This document shows positions 24,261 through 36,543 of a DNA stretch of 64,000 nt, piece by piece. The translations under genes and the position numbers were made by a program. Every line of letters begins with the position of its first letter. Position 1 is the first letter of the stretch. Source of the stretch: Blepharisma stoltei ATCC 30299 (taxonomy: Eukaryota; Protista; Ciliophora); the NCBI GenBank assembly GCA_965603825.1, contig CBFDEM010000022.1:326975-390974 (forward strand). Direction: 5' to 3'. The notes below the pieces were generated by a model that saw nothing but the letters and a program-made list of their open reading frames with translations, was not told the DNA's origin and did not search any database.

Positions 24261-25979
24261 ATGGCTTCACTAAGACTTGGCACTGAAAAGAAACTTGCTG
24301 AATTTTTTTCAGTCACTGCACAAGGTGAGCGTGATGCTGAAAATGCCCGTATTGCCCTCTCAGAAAATCGCGAATTTGATCCTTATGCAGCCTTCAAAGC
24401 TCTTGATCGCTTCAATAATGGCTATCTCAATTACCTAGACATCAAATCGTTTCTTGAAAAAAATCGAATTTTTGCGTCTACCCAAGAAGTTGATTTATTA
24501 ATCAAACAATACGACTCAGATTCAGACAGCCGCCTTATACTTAGCGATTTTCAGCAACTTACATGCCCGTCTACAAGTGTAGCTATCCGCGATCTAGCCA
24601 TTAGCCGTTCAGGACCACTACGGCTCTCTTTAGACGTTGAATTTTTGCTTTCTAGATTATTAGAAAAAGAAATAAGCCTACAACGCCGTCTAGAAACAAT
24701 AAGAAAAGAATTAGAAGCCTCTCCAGATTTTTCTATATTTAAAGCTTTTGAGACGATAGATTATCCACCTACAAGTTTTGTAACTCGTAACAAAATTTTC
24801 GACTTTTTAAGGAAAAATCTAGTTAGTGCTTTTAATGATGATATTGATGGGATTTTAAGAAGACTTGACATAGATGGCGATGAAAGATTGTCATACGGGG
24901 AATTTTCAGATGCAATTAAATGTGCAAGTCCAAGTATTGTTGTGCATTCACCTGCAAGGGAAAGCCAAACTGTGAGGCATTCATCACCATTACGAAGATC
25001 TCCAAGTCCGAATAGGACAGCTGATAGAGAATTTAGGACAAGTGGATATTTGGACTCTTCGAGATCTTTAACAAAATCATCATTTTTAGAAACCTCTGGG
25101 CTTAAAAGCCCGAGAAGATCACCTACAAGATCGCAGTTCTTATCAAGTTCTAATGGCTTTAATAAATCTCTAGAAACTTCTGGGCTTAAAAGTCCACGAA
25201 GATCAGGAAATTTAGAAAAATCTTTATCAAGATCTCCTACGAGGTCTCAACTTTTATCAAGCTCTAATGGATTCAATAAAACTGCGAGGTCTCAGCCTGA
25301 GGAATCTGAAATTGTCAATGTATTTATCAAGCAAATCGGCTTAGACCGCGACTTGGAAGCTTCAAGAAGAGACCTTGCTTTATGCTCAGATTTCACACTA
25401 ATTGATGCTTTCAATATTTTCGATATAAATAACTATGGATTTGTCACCCAAGTTGAGTTCGAGGAAGGCCTAAGATCACTCGGAATTTTGCCTATAAAAG
25501 ATGAAGTCTCATTATTATTTAAACATTTTGCCCTTGTTGACAGAAGATTGACTTTTAGTGATTTTTGTAAAATTGTGACAACGAAAGATTTGGAATATTC
25601 AAGATTAATTAATGGAAGAATTCCGCAGAACTTGCCAAGATATGAAAGGAGAAGGACATTCAGATTGAATACAGAAGGCTTGTTTGTGAAAGTAATGAAA
25701 CTGCTTCTAGAGAACGAAAGTGTAGCAGAAAGCTTAAGGCAGCAATTAGAGAGAAGGCCATATTTCAGCATTTCTGAAGCTTTTCAATGTGTGGATAAAG
25801 ATAGAAATGGCTTTATTACATTCGATGAATTCCAAGTGTTGCTAGGCGATTATGGTATTTATGTCACAAGAAAAGATGTTGAAAATTTAATGGAAAGATA
25901 TGACAAAGATAGGGATGGGAGAGTTTCTTATTCAGAATTTTTAAATGAAGTAACACCTAAATCTCCAAGGAGATACTAA
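24261..25979 (+). CDS. Multi-EF-hand Ca2+-binding protein, two homologous halves joined by an SP/SPRR-rich linker
   Basis: EF loops DSDSDSRLILSDF, DIDGDERLSYGEF, DKDRNGFITFDEF, DKDRDGRVSYSEF. Confidence 0.9.
   Translation: MASLRLGTEKKLAEFFSVTAQGERDAENARIALSENREFDPYAAFKALDRFNNGYLNYLDIKSFLEKNRIFASTQEVDLLIKQYDSDSDSRLILSDFQQLTCPSTSVAIRDLAISRSGPLRLSLDVEFLLSRLLEKEISLQRRLETIRKELEASPDFSIFKAFETIDYPPTSFVTRNKIFDFLRKNLVSAFNDDIDGILRRLDIDGDERLSYGEFSDAIKCASPSIVVHSPARESQTVRHSSPLRRSPSPNRTADREFRTSGYLDSSRSLTKSSFLETSGLKSPRRSPTRSQFLSSSNGFNKSLETSGLKSPRRSGNLEKSLSRSPTRSQLLSSSNGFNKTARSQPEESEIVNVFIKQIGLDRDLEASRRDLALCSDFTLIDAFNIFDINNYGFVTQVEFEEGLRSLGILPIKDEVSLLFKHFALVDRRLTFSDFCKIVTTKDLEYSRLINGRIPQNLPRYERRRTFRLNTEGLFVKVMKLLLENESVAESLRQQLERRPYFSISEAFQCVDKDRNGFITFDEFQVLLGDYGIYVTRKDVENLMERYDKDRDGRVSYSEFLNEVTPKSPRRY
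25088..25280 (+). repeat. Imperfect intragenic tandem repeats (LETSGLKSPRRS x2; SPTRSQ(F/L)LSSSNGFNK x2)
   Basis: Visible at both DNA and protein level. Confidence 0.85.
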
Positions 25980-25990
25980 GTTAAACCCTC

Positions 25991-27355
25991 TTAATTATTT
26001 GATTTATTTTTCTTCTTTTTCTTTTTCTTTTTTTTCGCATCAGGTCCAAGCCCTGGGATAAAATTATCATTTTTTTCTGTATCTTTTGTTTTCCTTTCTT
26101 CTTCAAGCCCCATTATCTCTATCTTCCCTTCTCTTGGTGTCAAAGGCTCCATTTCTATATTTTCTGGCTTTCACTGTATTTCCCAGAGTTCTCCAATCTC
26201 AAAATTTGCTAGAATTTCTCCAGTATATTTATATAAGATATACCCATTATTATTCCTGATTCTTGGGCTTAAAATTCCAACAAAAAACATTTTTCCATCC
26301 GGTCCCCATTCACAAGAAATTATGTTGGGAACTCTGCATCTTCCAATAATATTAAAATTTTCTCTTTCGCAAATATCTATATATCCTTGAAGGTTTCCTA
26401 ATCCTCCTATTAAAAATAAATTTCCATATGGATTTCACCTTATCATATTTCTATTATTTTTACCCAAATCTCTAAATTTCCCACCTATTCCTTTGTATAA
26501 ATTTATCCCGGCAGGAAAAAATCCTGCAATTGAAATAAATTCATCATTATTTGGAGATCATTTTATATCATGGATAGGGCCTTCATCTAAATTGATTTTC
26601 CTAGGAGATTTTCCTTGTGTCATCACATATAAAGCATTTTCTCCAGGATAAACTCGGCCTGTGTTATCAATTTCTGTTTGACAAATTGCTAAGACTCTTG
26701 ATGCATCACAATTTCATTGAAACGTGACAATTTGAGGTTTGGTTATTTGTGATGAGCTGTCTAATTGAAAATTTAGATTTTCATCAGAAATTCAATATGA
26801 AATTGAAGGGGATGAGCCTTTAATATCCACTGAATAAATCGCAAGTCTATTAGGTAGCTTTGGCGACAATGAATAATTAGCAATCCTAATTTCGTTGAAG
26901 CTTCTCAATAAATTTCTTTCTGAAATTTGATATATCTGTATTTCATCATTATTTTTGTATAACAAATTTCTATTATCATAAGTAAATACCACTGAAGGCC
27001 ATAATTCTTTATTATAATTTACTTGGATAAAAGAATAAAAAACTTGGCCTGTAGAAATTTCCCACACAAAAAGATTAGGATTTTCTTCAATTTGTTTTTC
27101 CCAGGTAACCAAGTAATTTTCGCAATGAGAAAAACTGAGTAATTTTATCCCATCATTCCGAGCCCTCATAATTTCACTGAAATTTTTAGTATCAATTACT
27201 CTAAGTCCATATAAATCGGCATATGCAATTTTCTGTCCAGTTGGTGAGCAAGCTGTAGCAAAGCAAGGAGCAGCAAATAAAATTTCATGGGTTCTTGCAT
27301 TTAAAATCATTAGAGAATCCCTGGTGCGACATATGATTTCATTTTGATTAATCAT
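25991..27355 (-). CDS. EIF2A: Eukaryotic translation initiation factor 2A-like WD40 protein
   Basis: Through TGA: QTEIDNTGRVYPGENALY, EGPIHDIKWSP, GFFPA, RNMIRWNPYG, GGLGNLQG, EWGPDG, SPRIRNNNGY, FIPGLGP followed by a poly-K tail. Confidence 0.88.
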
Positions 27356-27398
27356 TAAAATATTATTAATTATGCTGAAAGAAAAGCCTTCAACATTT

Positions 27399-28226
27399 TT
27401 AATTTAAAAATCCATGAGCGCCTTTCCATGTATATTCCACATGGGTTCTTTTCTTTTTTCTTGTTTTAACAAGATGCTCTTTAGATTTTTTATCAAAATC
27501 ATTTTTTGGTCCGCGGATTTTTATGACGAAGTCATTTCTTGAACCTACTGTTTGAAAAATTGGACTTTTTATTACTGTGTCTGGTGTTTTATCAATTTTA
27601 TGAGAAAACCATGATTTTATAGCAGTTTTTTGGTTCGAATAAATTTGGTCTACGGATGAAACCCTTCTATGAGTAGAGGATGGGATCTCTGTAGCTGAGG
27701 TTTCGGTGGCTTTTTCTGATGCTTCTTCATTTTCAATAATTTCTCTTTTTATGCTACTTGGCTTGATTAACTTCATTGTGAGGGTTTTTACTTTTTTTCT
27801 AATCACAGTACTTGTTTTGTATATATTTTTAGGTGTCTCTTCGTTATCGTGTACCTCTTCATCTCGGACTGGTGCCACTGTAGTTTTTCTTGAAGAAGTA
27901 GGAGATGAATAGAGAGGTGAATAAATTGGGACAGGCTCATGGGTTGGATGCCTTTTCACACGTCTTTCAAGCTCATTTATGTTGAATTTTGCAACGGTTT
28001 GCTGGGGAAATTGTTTAAAGACTGGAGAATTATATTTCATTGTTTGTGTTCGCACCAAGTTCCTAATCTTCAAAGGTTTAGCAATAGGAGTGCTTGTTTT
28101 TGTAAGAAAATGGGAGTCGGGAGAGTCTGAAGGGCTTCTAGAGTCCAAATTTGTAAGAGGGATTTTGGGGATTTGTTTTAAGGAATTAGCATAGAAATCT
28201 TTTTTTGAAGGTTTTAAGGAGTCCAT
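27399..28226 (-). CDS. Hypothetical basic S/T/P-rich protein
   Basis: 275-aa ORF; no recognisable domain. Confidence 0.7.
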   Translation of the reverse strand: MDSLKPSKKDFYANSLKQIPKIPLTNLDSRSPSDSPDSHFLTKTSTPIAKPLKIRNLVRTQTMKYNSPVFKQFPQQTVAKFNINELERRVKRHPTHEPVPIYSPLYSSPTSSRKTTVAPVRDEEVHDNEETPKNIYKTSTVIRKKVKTLTMKLIKPSSIKREIIENEEASEKATETSATEIPSSTHRRVSSVDQIYSNQKTAIKSWFSHKIDKTPDTVIKSPIFQTVGSRNDFVIKIRGPKNDFDKKSKEHLVKTRKKKRTHVEYTWKGAHGFLN

Positions 28227-28618
28227 TAGCTGAGATAATCAGTAATTTAGTAAATTATAATCATTTTTATTTAACATATAATTATCGATTGTATGGTTTT
28301 TCACCATAATAAAAAACTTGATGATATTTTATGTTTAATACTTATGATTTACTTGACTATAATTAAATAATGAAATTGGATTAAAAGTTTTCAAACATGA
28401 AGTATTATAAGCAAATTATATTGGAGATTTAAACCTACTAACATTTTAATTAGCTAATGCATTATTTAACACTTTGAATTTTATCAAGCCAAGAACGTAT
28501 TTATAAATATTTTCTTAAAATTTATCATATTTCCTTTAAGTTTATTTATTTCTTAAAGTTTTATGGGGGATTTAATTATTCAAATTAAGCCTGATTCAAT
28601 TTTATTTATTAAACTAAT

Positions 28619-29053
28619 ATGAAGGATTCTGTTTTAAGTTTATTCACCCTAACTCTAGAAAGCCTTATAATCGCAGAAATCTATAACTATCGGATGAGAA
28701 TCCAGTCCGAAATTCCAAAAGAAAAAATTGAAGACAGCCCTATTTCTTTAATTCCTACAAATATCCTGTCTATCAATTCATCATTAAGTCTACAAACCCC
28801 GGCTAAGGAAGAATTCAAATCAAGTAAAAAATCAGATAAAACCAAAGAAAACTCGTTGGTTGAAAGTCATGACGGCAAGAATGAGGACGATTTTATATAC
28901 ATTACGCCAAACATGAAGAAATTTAATCCTCATAAGAAGCATAAAAAAATTGAGCATCTTCACGATGATGAAAAAATGAAAAAAAGAAGGGAAATGGTGG
29001 AGATACTTAACCATCTTGAGTCAGGTACAAAAAGAAGAAAAAAACACATTTAA
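28619..29053 (+). CDS. Hypothetical protein
   Basis: 144-aa ORF with ATG after an AT-rich leader and a basic C-terminus. Confidence 0.6.
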   Translation: MKDSVLSLFTLTLESLIIAEIYNYRMRIQSEIPKEKIEDSPISLIPTNILSINSSLSLQTPAKEEFKSSKKSDKTKENSLVESHDGKNEDDFIYITPNMKKFNPHKKHKKIEHLHDDEKMKKRREMVEILNHLESGTKRRKKHI

Positions 29054-29084
29054 ATCATTTTTGGTAATAATAAATAATGAAAAG

Positions 29085-31677
29085 TTAGTTATCTTGTTTA
29101 AAACCTCTGATTTTAGGTTTATACCCTTCAGAATTATTTGCAATTTTCATAATTTTATCATGAATCGCTGATAAATTATTTTTTGTCTTTATTTCATTAT
29201 TCCTGCCAGTTGATACAACACTATTTCATAATTTTTCATTATCCCTCTGCAATTTTTCATGCAATCCAACAATTTTCCTGTCAAAAATTTCTTGTATATA
29301 ATCTCTTACCTCTTGTGAATTTTGATCAAATTTATACTGCAGATCATTCACCTTATTCTTTATATCCTCAATAAACTCAGCAGTTTCCCTTTCTTTATCA
29401 TTTGTCCCCTGCTTTAACTTTTCTACCTCATTTTGAATATTTTCGAATTCTGCTTTGGCGACTGGATCTTTTATCAAGTTTAAAACTTCTTCCTGATTTT
29501 TGGCCCGGATTTCTTCAATTTTTCCTAATTCCATACCCAAGCTATCAAGAGAGTTTACAATGTTTCCCATCTCTTCGCCAATTTCGGCAAATTTTTCTAG
29601 GTTTCGGTCGTCGTTTCCTTGTTGAACTTTTTCTTCTTCTTCCAGCCTTTCTTCGATCTTTTCTAAGCTTTCATCTATGTCTCTGTGCTTATCTTCAATT
29701 TCTTCAGAAAATTTATTTATCATGTGCTCACGCATTAATTTTTCTGTAGATAATTGGACAGTTGTTTGGGACTCTATTAAAGCTGTTTGCTTGGCAACGT
29801 TTTGGAGTTTTTCATTGAGGTCATCAGCGATAGAGTCAATTTCTGACTGCAAAGTTTCTAATCCTCCGAGTAATTTTTCAAGATCTTCACAAACACATTG
29901 ATGCTGCTCTGAAATTTCATCGTTTAATTTGTTGATGATATCAGAAAATGTTTCTCGATTATAATATAAAGCTTTTTCGAAATTTCCTAAGCTAACATCG
30001 ACCATCGAAGCCAAATTTTCTATTCTGTCTTCTAGTATTTTAGTATTGACTCCTAGGTGGCTTTCAAGGCTTGCTTGCAGCTCCCTCATCTTTTCAACTA
30101 TTTGTGAGTCTCCCATATGAGAAATTTTAGTTAGCTCATTTTTTAAGATTTGCAAAGATTGATCATGCTTAATAAACTTTTTTGTTGCATCTGACTTGAA
30201 TTTTTCATTCGATATAATAGTCTGTTTCAAGCTTTCTGTAATAGTTGTGATCATTTCTTTTGTCTGCTGATGCTGACTTTTAACTACTTCTACATTCCTT
30301 TGTGTTTCTTCTTCTATATACCTACTTAAAATATCAGCTTTTTCTGAAAAAGATTTTGAAGCTTCTTTAGTGTCATATTCTGCTTTAATTCTATTCTTTT
30401 CAATAGCATCTTTATAATTCGACAGTTCTTGGAAAATCCCTTTAGTTGTATTCTGTATCATCTGCTTTAAATCTTTTTCTGCCTTTAGTCTACAATCGAT
30501 TTCGGTTTTGACCATTTCTGTCATTTTCTCTGTAATTGAAGCTTGATAGCTCTTGAACTGTTCAATTGCGTCTCTAGCAGCATCTCCCACCTGTGATAAA
30601 TCATCCCTCATATTAGCTTCTCCTTGAAATCTTGCTCCTTCTTCCTGTTTCAAGCCTTCAAAAATGCTTCTAATCTGCATGTCTAAATTTGCATTTAAAT
30701 GATTAATCATTTCTTCTTTTCTTTGAAACTCTGTCCTCATTAGGGTTTCTAAGTTTGCGAGCCTATCTCGGAATTCTTCTCTATCGAACTGCATTTTTTC
30801 ATGTGTCATTTTTTCTTTGACATCAAAAGTGTATTTTAGGTCTTGATGGGTTCTCAGCCTTTCTTCTTGTTCTTGGATTAGCCGGTTTAATAAATCTCCA
30901 GTTTTAAGCTCAACTCGGTGCTGTATATCTCCTTGCAACTGACGTAAAAACAGTTTTAAGTCTTCTTGGAGCCTTTGTGACCCAATTTCAACTTTATCAA
31001 TTATTTTATGGTCTTGCTCTTGCTCATTACCAAGAGCTAAAAGGGCAGTTTCTACCATTTGGACTCTCCTTTCCACCTTTTCTGCTAGTTCAATCAATAA
31101 ATTTACATTAGTATCAGCCTTTGTATCTAAAGTCACTACTTGTCGTTCTCCATGATTTAATCGTGATTCTAGCTGAGACACACGACTTTCTACAGTAATC
31201 GACAAATTTTGCAAAAATTCGTTCATTTTTTCTTGAGATTCACCCAGTCTTACAACTTCCCCAAACAAAACTTGTGATTTTTCTTTATTTTTCAACTGCA
31301 CTTTTTGGTCTTCAGTTAATTTGTCTTGAAGAATGCTTCTCATTTGGATTAGTTCTGAGTCTGCTTGGACTGAGTTGCCTTTTTCAAATTTGCTCATTTG
31401 GTCTAAAATAAAAGAATTTAGCCTTTCTTGCTCTTTTATTTTTAAATCCAACGCTGATACCTTTGACGCGAGGTCTTCTGGGATTCGGTTACGGCCTCTT
31501 GATTGGGGAGTTCCAATTCCTGACGGTGGGCCACCTCTTAGCTTTATATCAGTGCTTCTTGACCTTACAGGAACTTGCTGAAAAGATTTATCTAAATCTT
31601 GATGCGCCTGGAGCACTGCTGCAATCGAAGACGAGTCATATCGTTGAGGCTACATAAACTTTTACGAATTTTGCCAT
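29085..31677 (-). CDS. Long coiled-coil (probably cytoskeletal/cortical) protein; one 16-nt intron
   Basis: MAKF|PQRYDSSSIAAVLQ after removing 31650..31665. Reads through TGA 29226 to TAA 29085. Heptad-rich E/K/Q/L composition. Confidence 0.85.
31650..31665 (-). other. 16-nt spliceosomal intron GTAAAAGTTTATGTAG
   Basis: GT..AG with A at -6. Removal puts ATG 31677 in frame with the long ORF. Confidence 0.8.
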
Positions 31678-31749
31678 AATTTAAATACTTTAAGAATAAA
31701 AACTGTATATCGCCCAGCTAAAATATCAATAATATAAAAAACAAAAGAA

Positions 31750-33294
31750 ATGGCAGTAGTTATAAGGCAAGCGCTTTTCAGAGGGCGTGGCATGAATATG
31801 TCAGAATTAGAAGAGCATGCGATGGATAATCGTGAAGCCTTAATGAGACAAGAAGATCTCTCACGCATCCGAGACGAAGCAGTTGACGAAGATATGATGG
31901 ATTCAAATTCTTTTAATGAACAAGAAGAAAAACGCAAAGAACAGTCCAGAGCAGTTAAAAACCAGCTCATGAAAAAAAAGCTTGAAAAAATAGCGAGATA
32001 CAAAGCAAAATTAAAAATTTTTGACACAGTTTCTGTAATTCTGTCAGCTGGTGGCGTGTTTTTAGCGTTTCTTGAGGTTGAAAATAATTTTAGCACAAAC
32101 GGTGGGAAAAAAAGAAATGAGTCTAATAGCTATGATTTCATTTTGAGATCCATAATTACTATTTCCACTGTGGCTTTGCTTTTATTTATATATTTGCATC
32201 ATCTATTTGTATATCAAATAGCACGTGAGCACCAAACCACCTCTGAAGGTGTCGGCTCCAGTTTTTATGGAAGCATACAGTTTAAATGGATGTGGGTTGA
32301 AATATTATTTAATGCAGTCCATTGTCCACCCGGACTAGATGTAGAATTTCATTTCGAGCAGCTGCATGGGACTTTGGTATTGTCAGTGGACCAAATGCTT
32401 AGTTGCATTATGCTTGTTAGAGCTTATATTTTAGTAAGAGTGGTTAAGCATTATACAAAATGAGGGACAAGCCACGCAGACCAAGTCTGTGACTATTTTG
32501 GGTGTGATGCAAATAATTTATTTGTTTTAAAATCAGTATTTAAGGACAAGCCTTATTTGGTATTAGGCTGCTGCATGATATTGAGCATTTGCATTTTTGG
32601 GTTTGCAGTAAGAACTTTTGAAAGGCCTTATAATGCAGAAATTGAAGGGCAGGCTAAACAAAATTATAATTATGTGTGGAATGCATTTTGGCTAGTTATT
32701 ATTACCATGTGTACTGTTGGGTATGGTGATTTTTACCCTCAAACTCATATGGGGAGATTTGTTATTGTTATAGCTTGCTTTTGGGGTGTATTTTTAGTAT
32801 CAATGACTGTCGTCACGTTGACGGAGAGTTCTGAGTTCAGCAAGGGAGAAGCCAGAGCTTATGATATTTTATATAGGCTAAAGGCGAAGGAAAGAGCTAG
32901 CCATATTGCTAAAAAAGTTGTAGCAAAGGCTATACAGGTGAATTTTTTGAAAAGAAAAAAGAAAAAGGATCATGCTCTTCATCACCATTGTTTGATGAAG
33001 TACAATGAACTAATGAGAGTTTTGCAGACTTTTGCTGTACAAAGGAAAATATGGAAAGATTGGGAGCCGCCAGTCGAAGAAATGCTTAAGCAGCTTGCAG
33101 AAAGGATTGACGTTGATTTAGAGACTCTTAAAAGCCAAGTCGCTAGTGTATTCGAAATTGAACAGCAGCTCAAAAGAGTCGAAGTTTTCCAAGAGCAAGG
33201 AATTAATGCAACAAAGCTGTCTATTACTTATTTAGAGGAGCTTGATGGTCAGCTTGATACAGTTATTCAGAAAATGATGAAAAAAGCAAGTTAA
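31750..33294 (+). CDS. Small-conductance Ca2+-activated K+ channel-like protein (SK/KCNN family)
   Basis: Two ORFs joined by TGA 32461. VHCPPG, S4-like MLVRAYILVRVV, VRTFERP, pore NAFWLVIITMCTVGYGDFYPQTHMGR. Confidence 0.92.
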
Positions 33295-33312
33295 ATTGTG
33301 ATAATTTAATAA

Positions 33313-34593
33313 ATGTCAAATAGAGTCTTAACAATAAAAGCATTATTTTCAGATAATTCATTACAAAAGGAAAAGCGGAAAAAAGAGAGATATGAAAAAG
33401 CAATAAAAGAGCTAGAAGCAAATAAGAAGCTATTAGAAGAAAAGGAGCAAATAAGGAGAGAAAAATGAGAAAGATTTCGTGCAAAGGAAGCTATGAAAAA
33501 ACAAATCAGAGAATACCTCAGAATGCATAATGAAAAGAATGCTAAATTGCATAATTATGCAAAAACCATTCAAAATTGATATAGGAATGTGAAGATTAGC
33601 CAAAAGCATGAAGAAGTCAAGCTAGAAAATCTTAGATTTTCTGTATGTGAAAATATTGAAAATCTTCAATCTACCTCTAAATACATTTTTTGAAATTTTG
33701 GCCCTGGGCTTGAAAAAAGTGTAATAAAAATCCAGCAAGCTTATAAAAGGCATAAACTTATAAGAAAAATAAATGAAACAGTTAAAGCGCTGAATTTAAT
33801 AAAAAAACGTAAAAAGAAGGACGCGAAGAAAATTATTCAAAAAGGGATAGTGGTGCTGGCCAACAGAATTAAGGTAAAAAATGAAAAATGACGTATTTTT
33901 AAAGAAAAAGAGCTGAAGAGAATTCAAAGAAATTTAGCCTTGCTCAAAATCAGCCAATATTGGAAAAAATTAAATTTGTCAGGAAAAATCATTGTAAGAA
34001 GGTATCAAAAATATTATAGAAAACTATTCGCACAAGGCACAATTCAAAGATTGGCTGGCAGATATGTGATAGGAGTTCCAGAAACTACTACAAATCAAAG
34101 AAGAAACTCTTCATGCTCAATAGCTTCATCACATTCCACCCCATTTAGACATTTGACTCATACTCCTGCTAGTTCTGGCCATGAGCCCGAGCCGATTCAA
34201 AATAATCTTATGGATGATATTTTGGCTCAAAATATGATAATTGCTGAAAGAAGGAAAAGAATAAGGAAAGGAAAAATTTCTTATGCCATCAAACCGTTAA
34301 GACTTAAACCGATTGAGCCTGTTCTTATGACTGATGAAGAAGATGATGATATATTTACTAAATCATTTGAAATATCAAAAAATCAAATAAAGCCTGTAGA
34401 TGCATCTTCTAGAACCTCCAGAAACCAAACATTAAATATCAGTTTTACCAATTTAAGCGGCATAAGCACCCAAAATTCTATTGTTTTTAATAAAAGCAGG
34501 GAAAGCACTGCGGAAGGCCGTAAAAGGATATTAAAAGATCATATTTTGTTGAAGCCCAGCATAAATCAAAGATTTTTAAAAAAGTTAGCTTAA
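33313..34593 (+). CDS. Basic IQ-motif-containing protein
   Basis: Frame is open from ATG 33313 with four TGA=Trp. IQ-like TIQNWYRNV and KIQQAYKRHKLIR. Confidence 0.8.
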
Positions 34594-35228
34594 CTCTCAA
34601 TTATTTGGAAATTATTTTGTTTTAATCGAAACCAAAAATTGCCGATTTCTTCTTTTACGTAGCTTTGCCTTTGAAATATTTTTATTCTTCCTGAGTATTC
34701 TGTTGAATATCCACTTTCTAATTCTTTAATTTCTATATAAGTATCTGAGCTTTCTTCTAATTGCCAAAAATGTGATAAAATTGCTTCAGGTATTTTTACT
34801 ATCATAAATGGGTAAATAAGCTTCAAGGAATAGATCAATTGCAAGCAGAAATTCACACCTTTGATGCAATATAGAGGAAATAAATTGTCTATTACGAGGA
34901 TCTGTGCTCTGGTACTAAATTTTTCGATTTTTTTAAGAAGTGAATCTATTTTTGTGGAATTTTTAGGACTTTGCCATGCAGAAGGCGGTTCTTCTAATAG
35001 TGGAAAATCTTCAGAGTTTCATGCAGTTTCATATTCTAAATATATTGGATCAATCATGTATTTTTTAAATAGTGCCGAATAATGGGCACTATTTCCAGAA
35101 GAAGACAAGAATAGAGATGGATGAGACAATCGATTGATTAATTGTAAAATAAATCCAGTGCTGTCGTTTTCAAGAGTGTCTGTAATTATATAGAGTCCTG
35201 GAATATTTAATGTTTCTATCACAGACAT
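34590..35228 (-). CDS. Elongator complex protein 6-like (RecA-like fold)
   Basis: Two ORFs joined in frame through TGA. YIITDT..DSTGFILQLI, SAHYSALFKK, LVIDNL, IEIKELESGYSTEYSGRIKI resemble Elp6 motifs. Confidence 0.65.
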
Positions 35229-35364
35229 TATTTTTTATTAAAATTTTCAATTTCATATATACCGCAAGATCGGTTGCAATTTCAGAATATATTAAAGAAA
35301 GGAGAAAATTTAAAAAAAATCGATTCTCATAGTTGTTATTCCATATATAATTTGCTTTGAAAAA

Positions 35365-36543
35365 ATGCAATATTCAGTCATAGGTGATCGGAAATCTGCT
35401 CTTCTCCACCTTCTCCATATTCCTCCACAAGAGCGCTCTTATCAAGACTTATGTGATCTCTCCAACCTTATCTCTGTATTTTCTATTTAGGATATAAAAA
35501 TTTTCCAAGATTTTAAATACACCCTTAAGCTAAAAAACCTCTGCAAACACCTTTTATTGGTATCTTATGGTACAAAAGAGACAATATTCCGAGAAGGAGA
35601 TGATGGCGAAGCATTTTATTACATCATTTCTGGAAAAGTTATCCATTATGTTTCCTCGTCTAAAAACGGCAAAACCAAGCTTATTAGCGTGGCTGAATCC
35701 AAAGAAGGAGACTCTTTTGGAGAGCTTGGGCTTTTATATGGTATCAAAAGAAGCAGCTCTGCTATTACAAATACACCAGTAGAAGCTATGGTTTTAACGA
35801 AAGAAAATTATGATAAAGAAACAAAAGGAGATGATTTAGAAATTCAAACAAAGGCTATACATTTTTTCCAAAAGCATAAATTATTGCAATCAATCCCTCA
35901 ACAGCTATTAATTGATATTGCTAAAAAATGCAAAAAACCTATAGAGTTCAAAACTAGCGACTTAATAGTAAAGCAAGGATTTAAATCAGATGCAATTTTT
36001 TTTATAATTAAAGGTGCAGTAAAGCTGATGAGGAGAATTGATTTTAAAAAAATTCCGAATTTATATAGTATTTTATCGCCATCTCAGCCAAATGATGCTG
36101 ATTATCAAGAACAAAATATAGAGACGAAGTTAGTGGAAATCCAGAATTTGTCAAAAGGGGACTCAATAGCTGATTATGAAGTATTAAGAAATTTACCTTG
36201 TAGCTGTACTGCTATTGCAACGATGCCTACAAAGGTTTATAAAGTATCTATGCAGGATCTGAAATTGCTTGATTCTACTGATTTTCAAAATTTAGTGAAT
36301 TTTACAGAAAGCTTACCTGATGATAATGAAATAAGAAAAATTTATATTCATACAGAAAAATGAAATTCATATAAACATTCGTATGTGAACAGTATCAAAT
36401 TCGAAAAAAAGTATAAAAATAATTTTAACTTTAGGATGGAACCAATAAAGTCATTTAAATCCAGGAGCATAACACCGGAAAATATTTTTTCAAAACCTTT
36501 ATCACACATCAAGCTTAGTCCAATATATAAAACTATGTTTTAA
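35365..36543 (+). CDS. Protein with two cyclic-nucleotide-binding domains; one intron
   Basis: PPQERS..DL, intron 35476..35490, IFREGDDGEAFYYIISG, GDSFGELGLLYGIKRSSS, VKQGFKSDAIFFIIKG. Reads through TGA 36361 to TAA 36541. Confidence 0.88.
35476..35490 (+). other. 15-nt spliceosomal intron GTATTTTCTATTTAG
   Basis: GT..AG with A at -6. Contains an in-frame TAG. Confidence 0.85.

Noticed and set aside
28647-28654. Internal CCCTAAC telomere-like seeds (also near 53752)
   Set aside because: Single partial units inside coding sequence, expected by chance.
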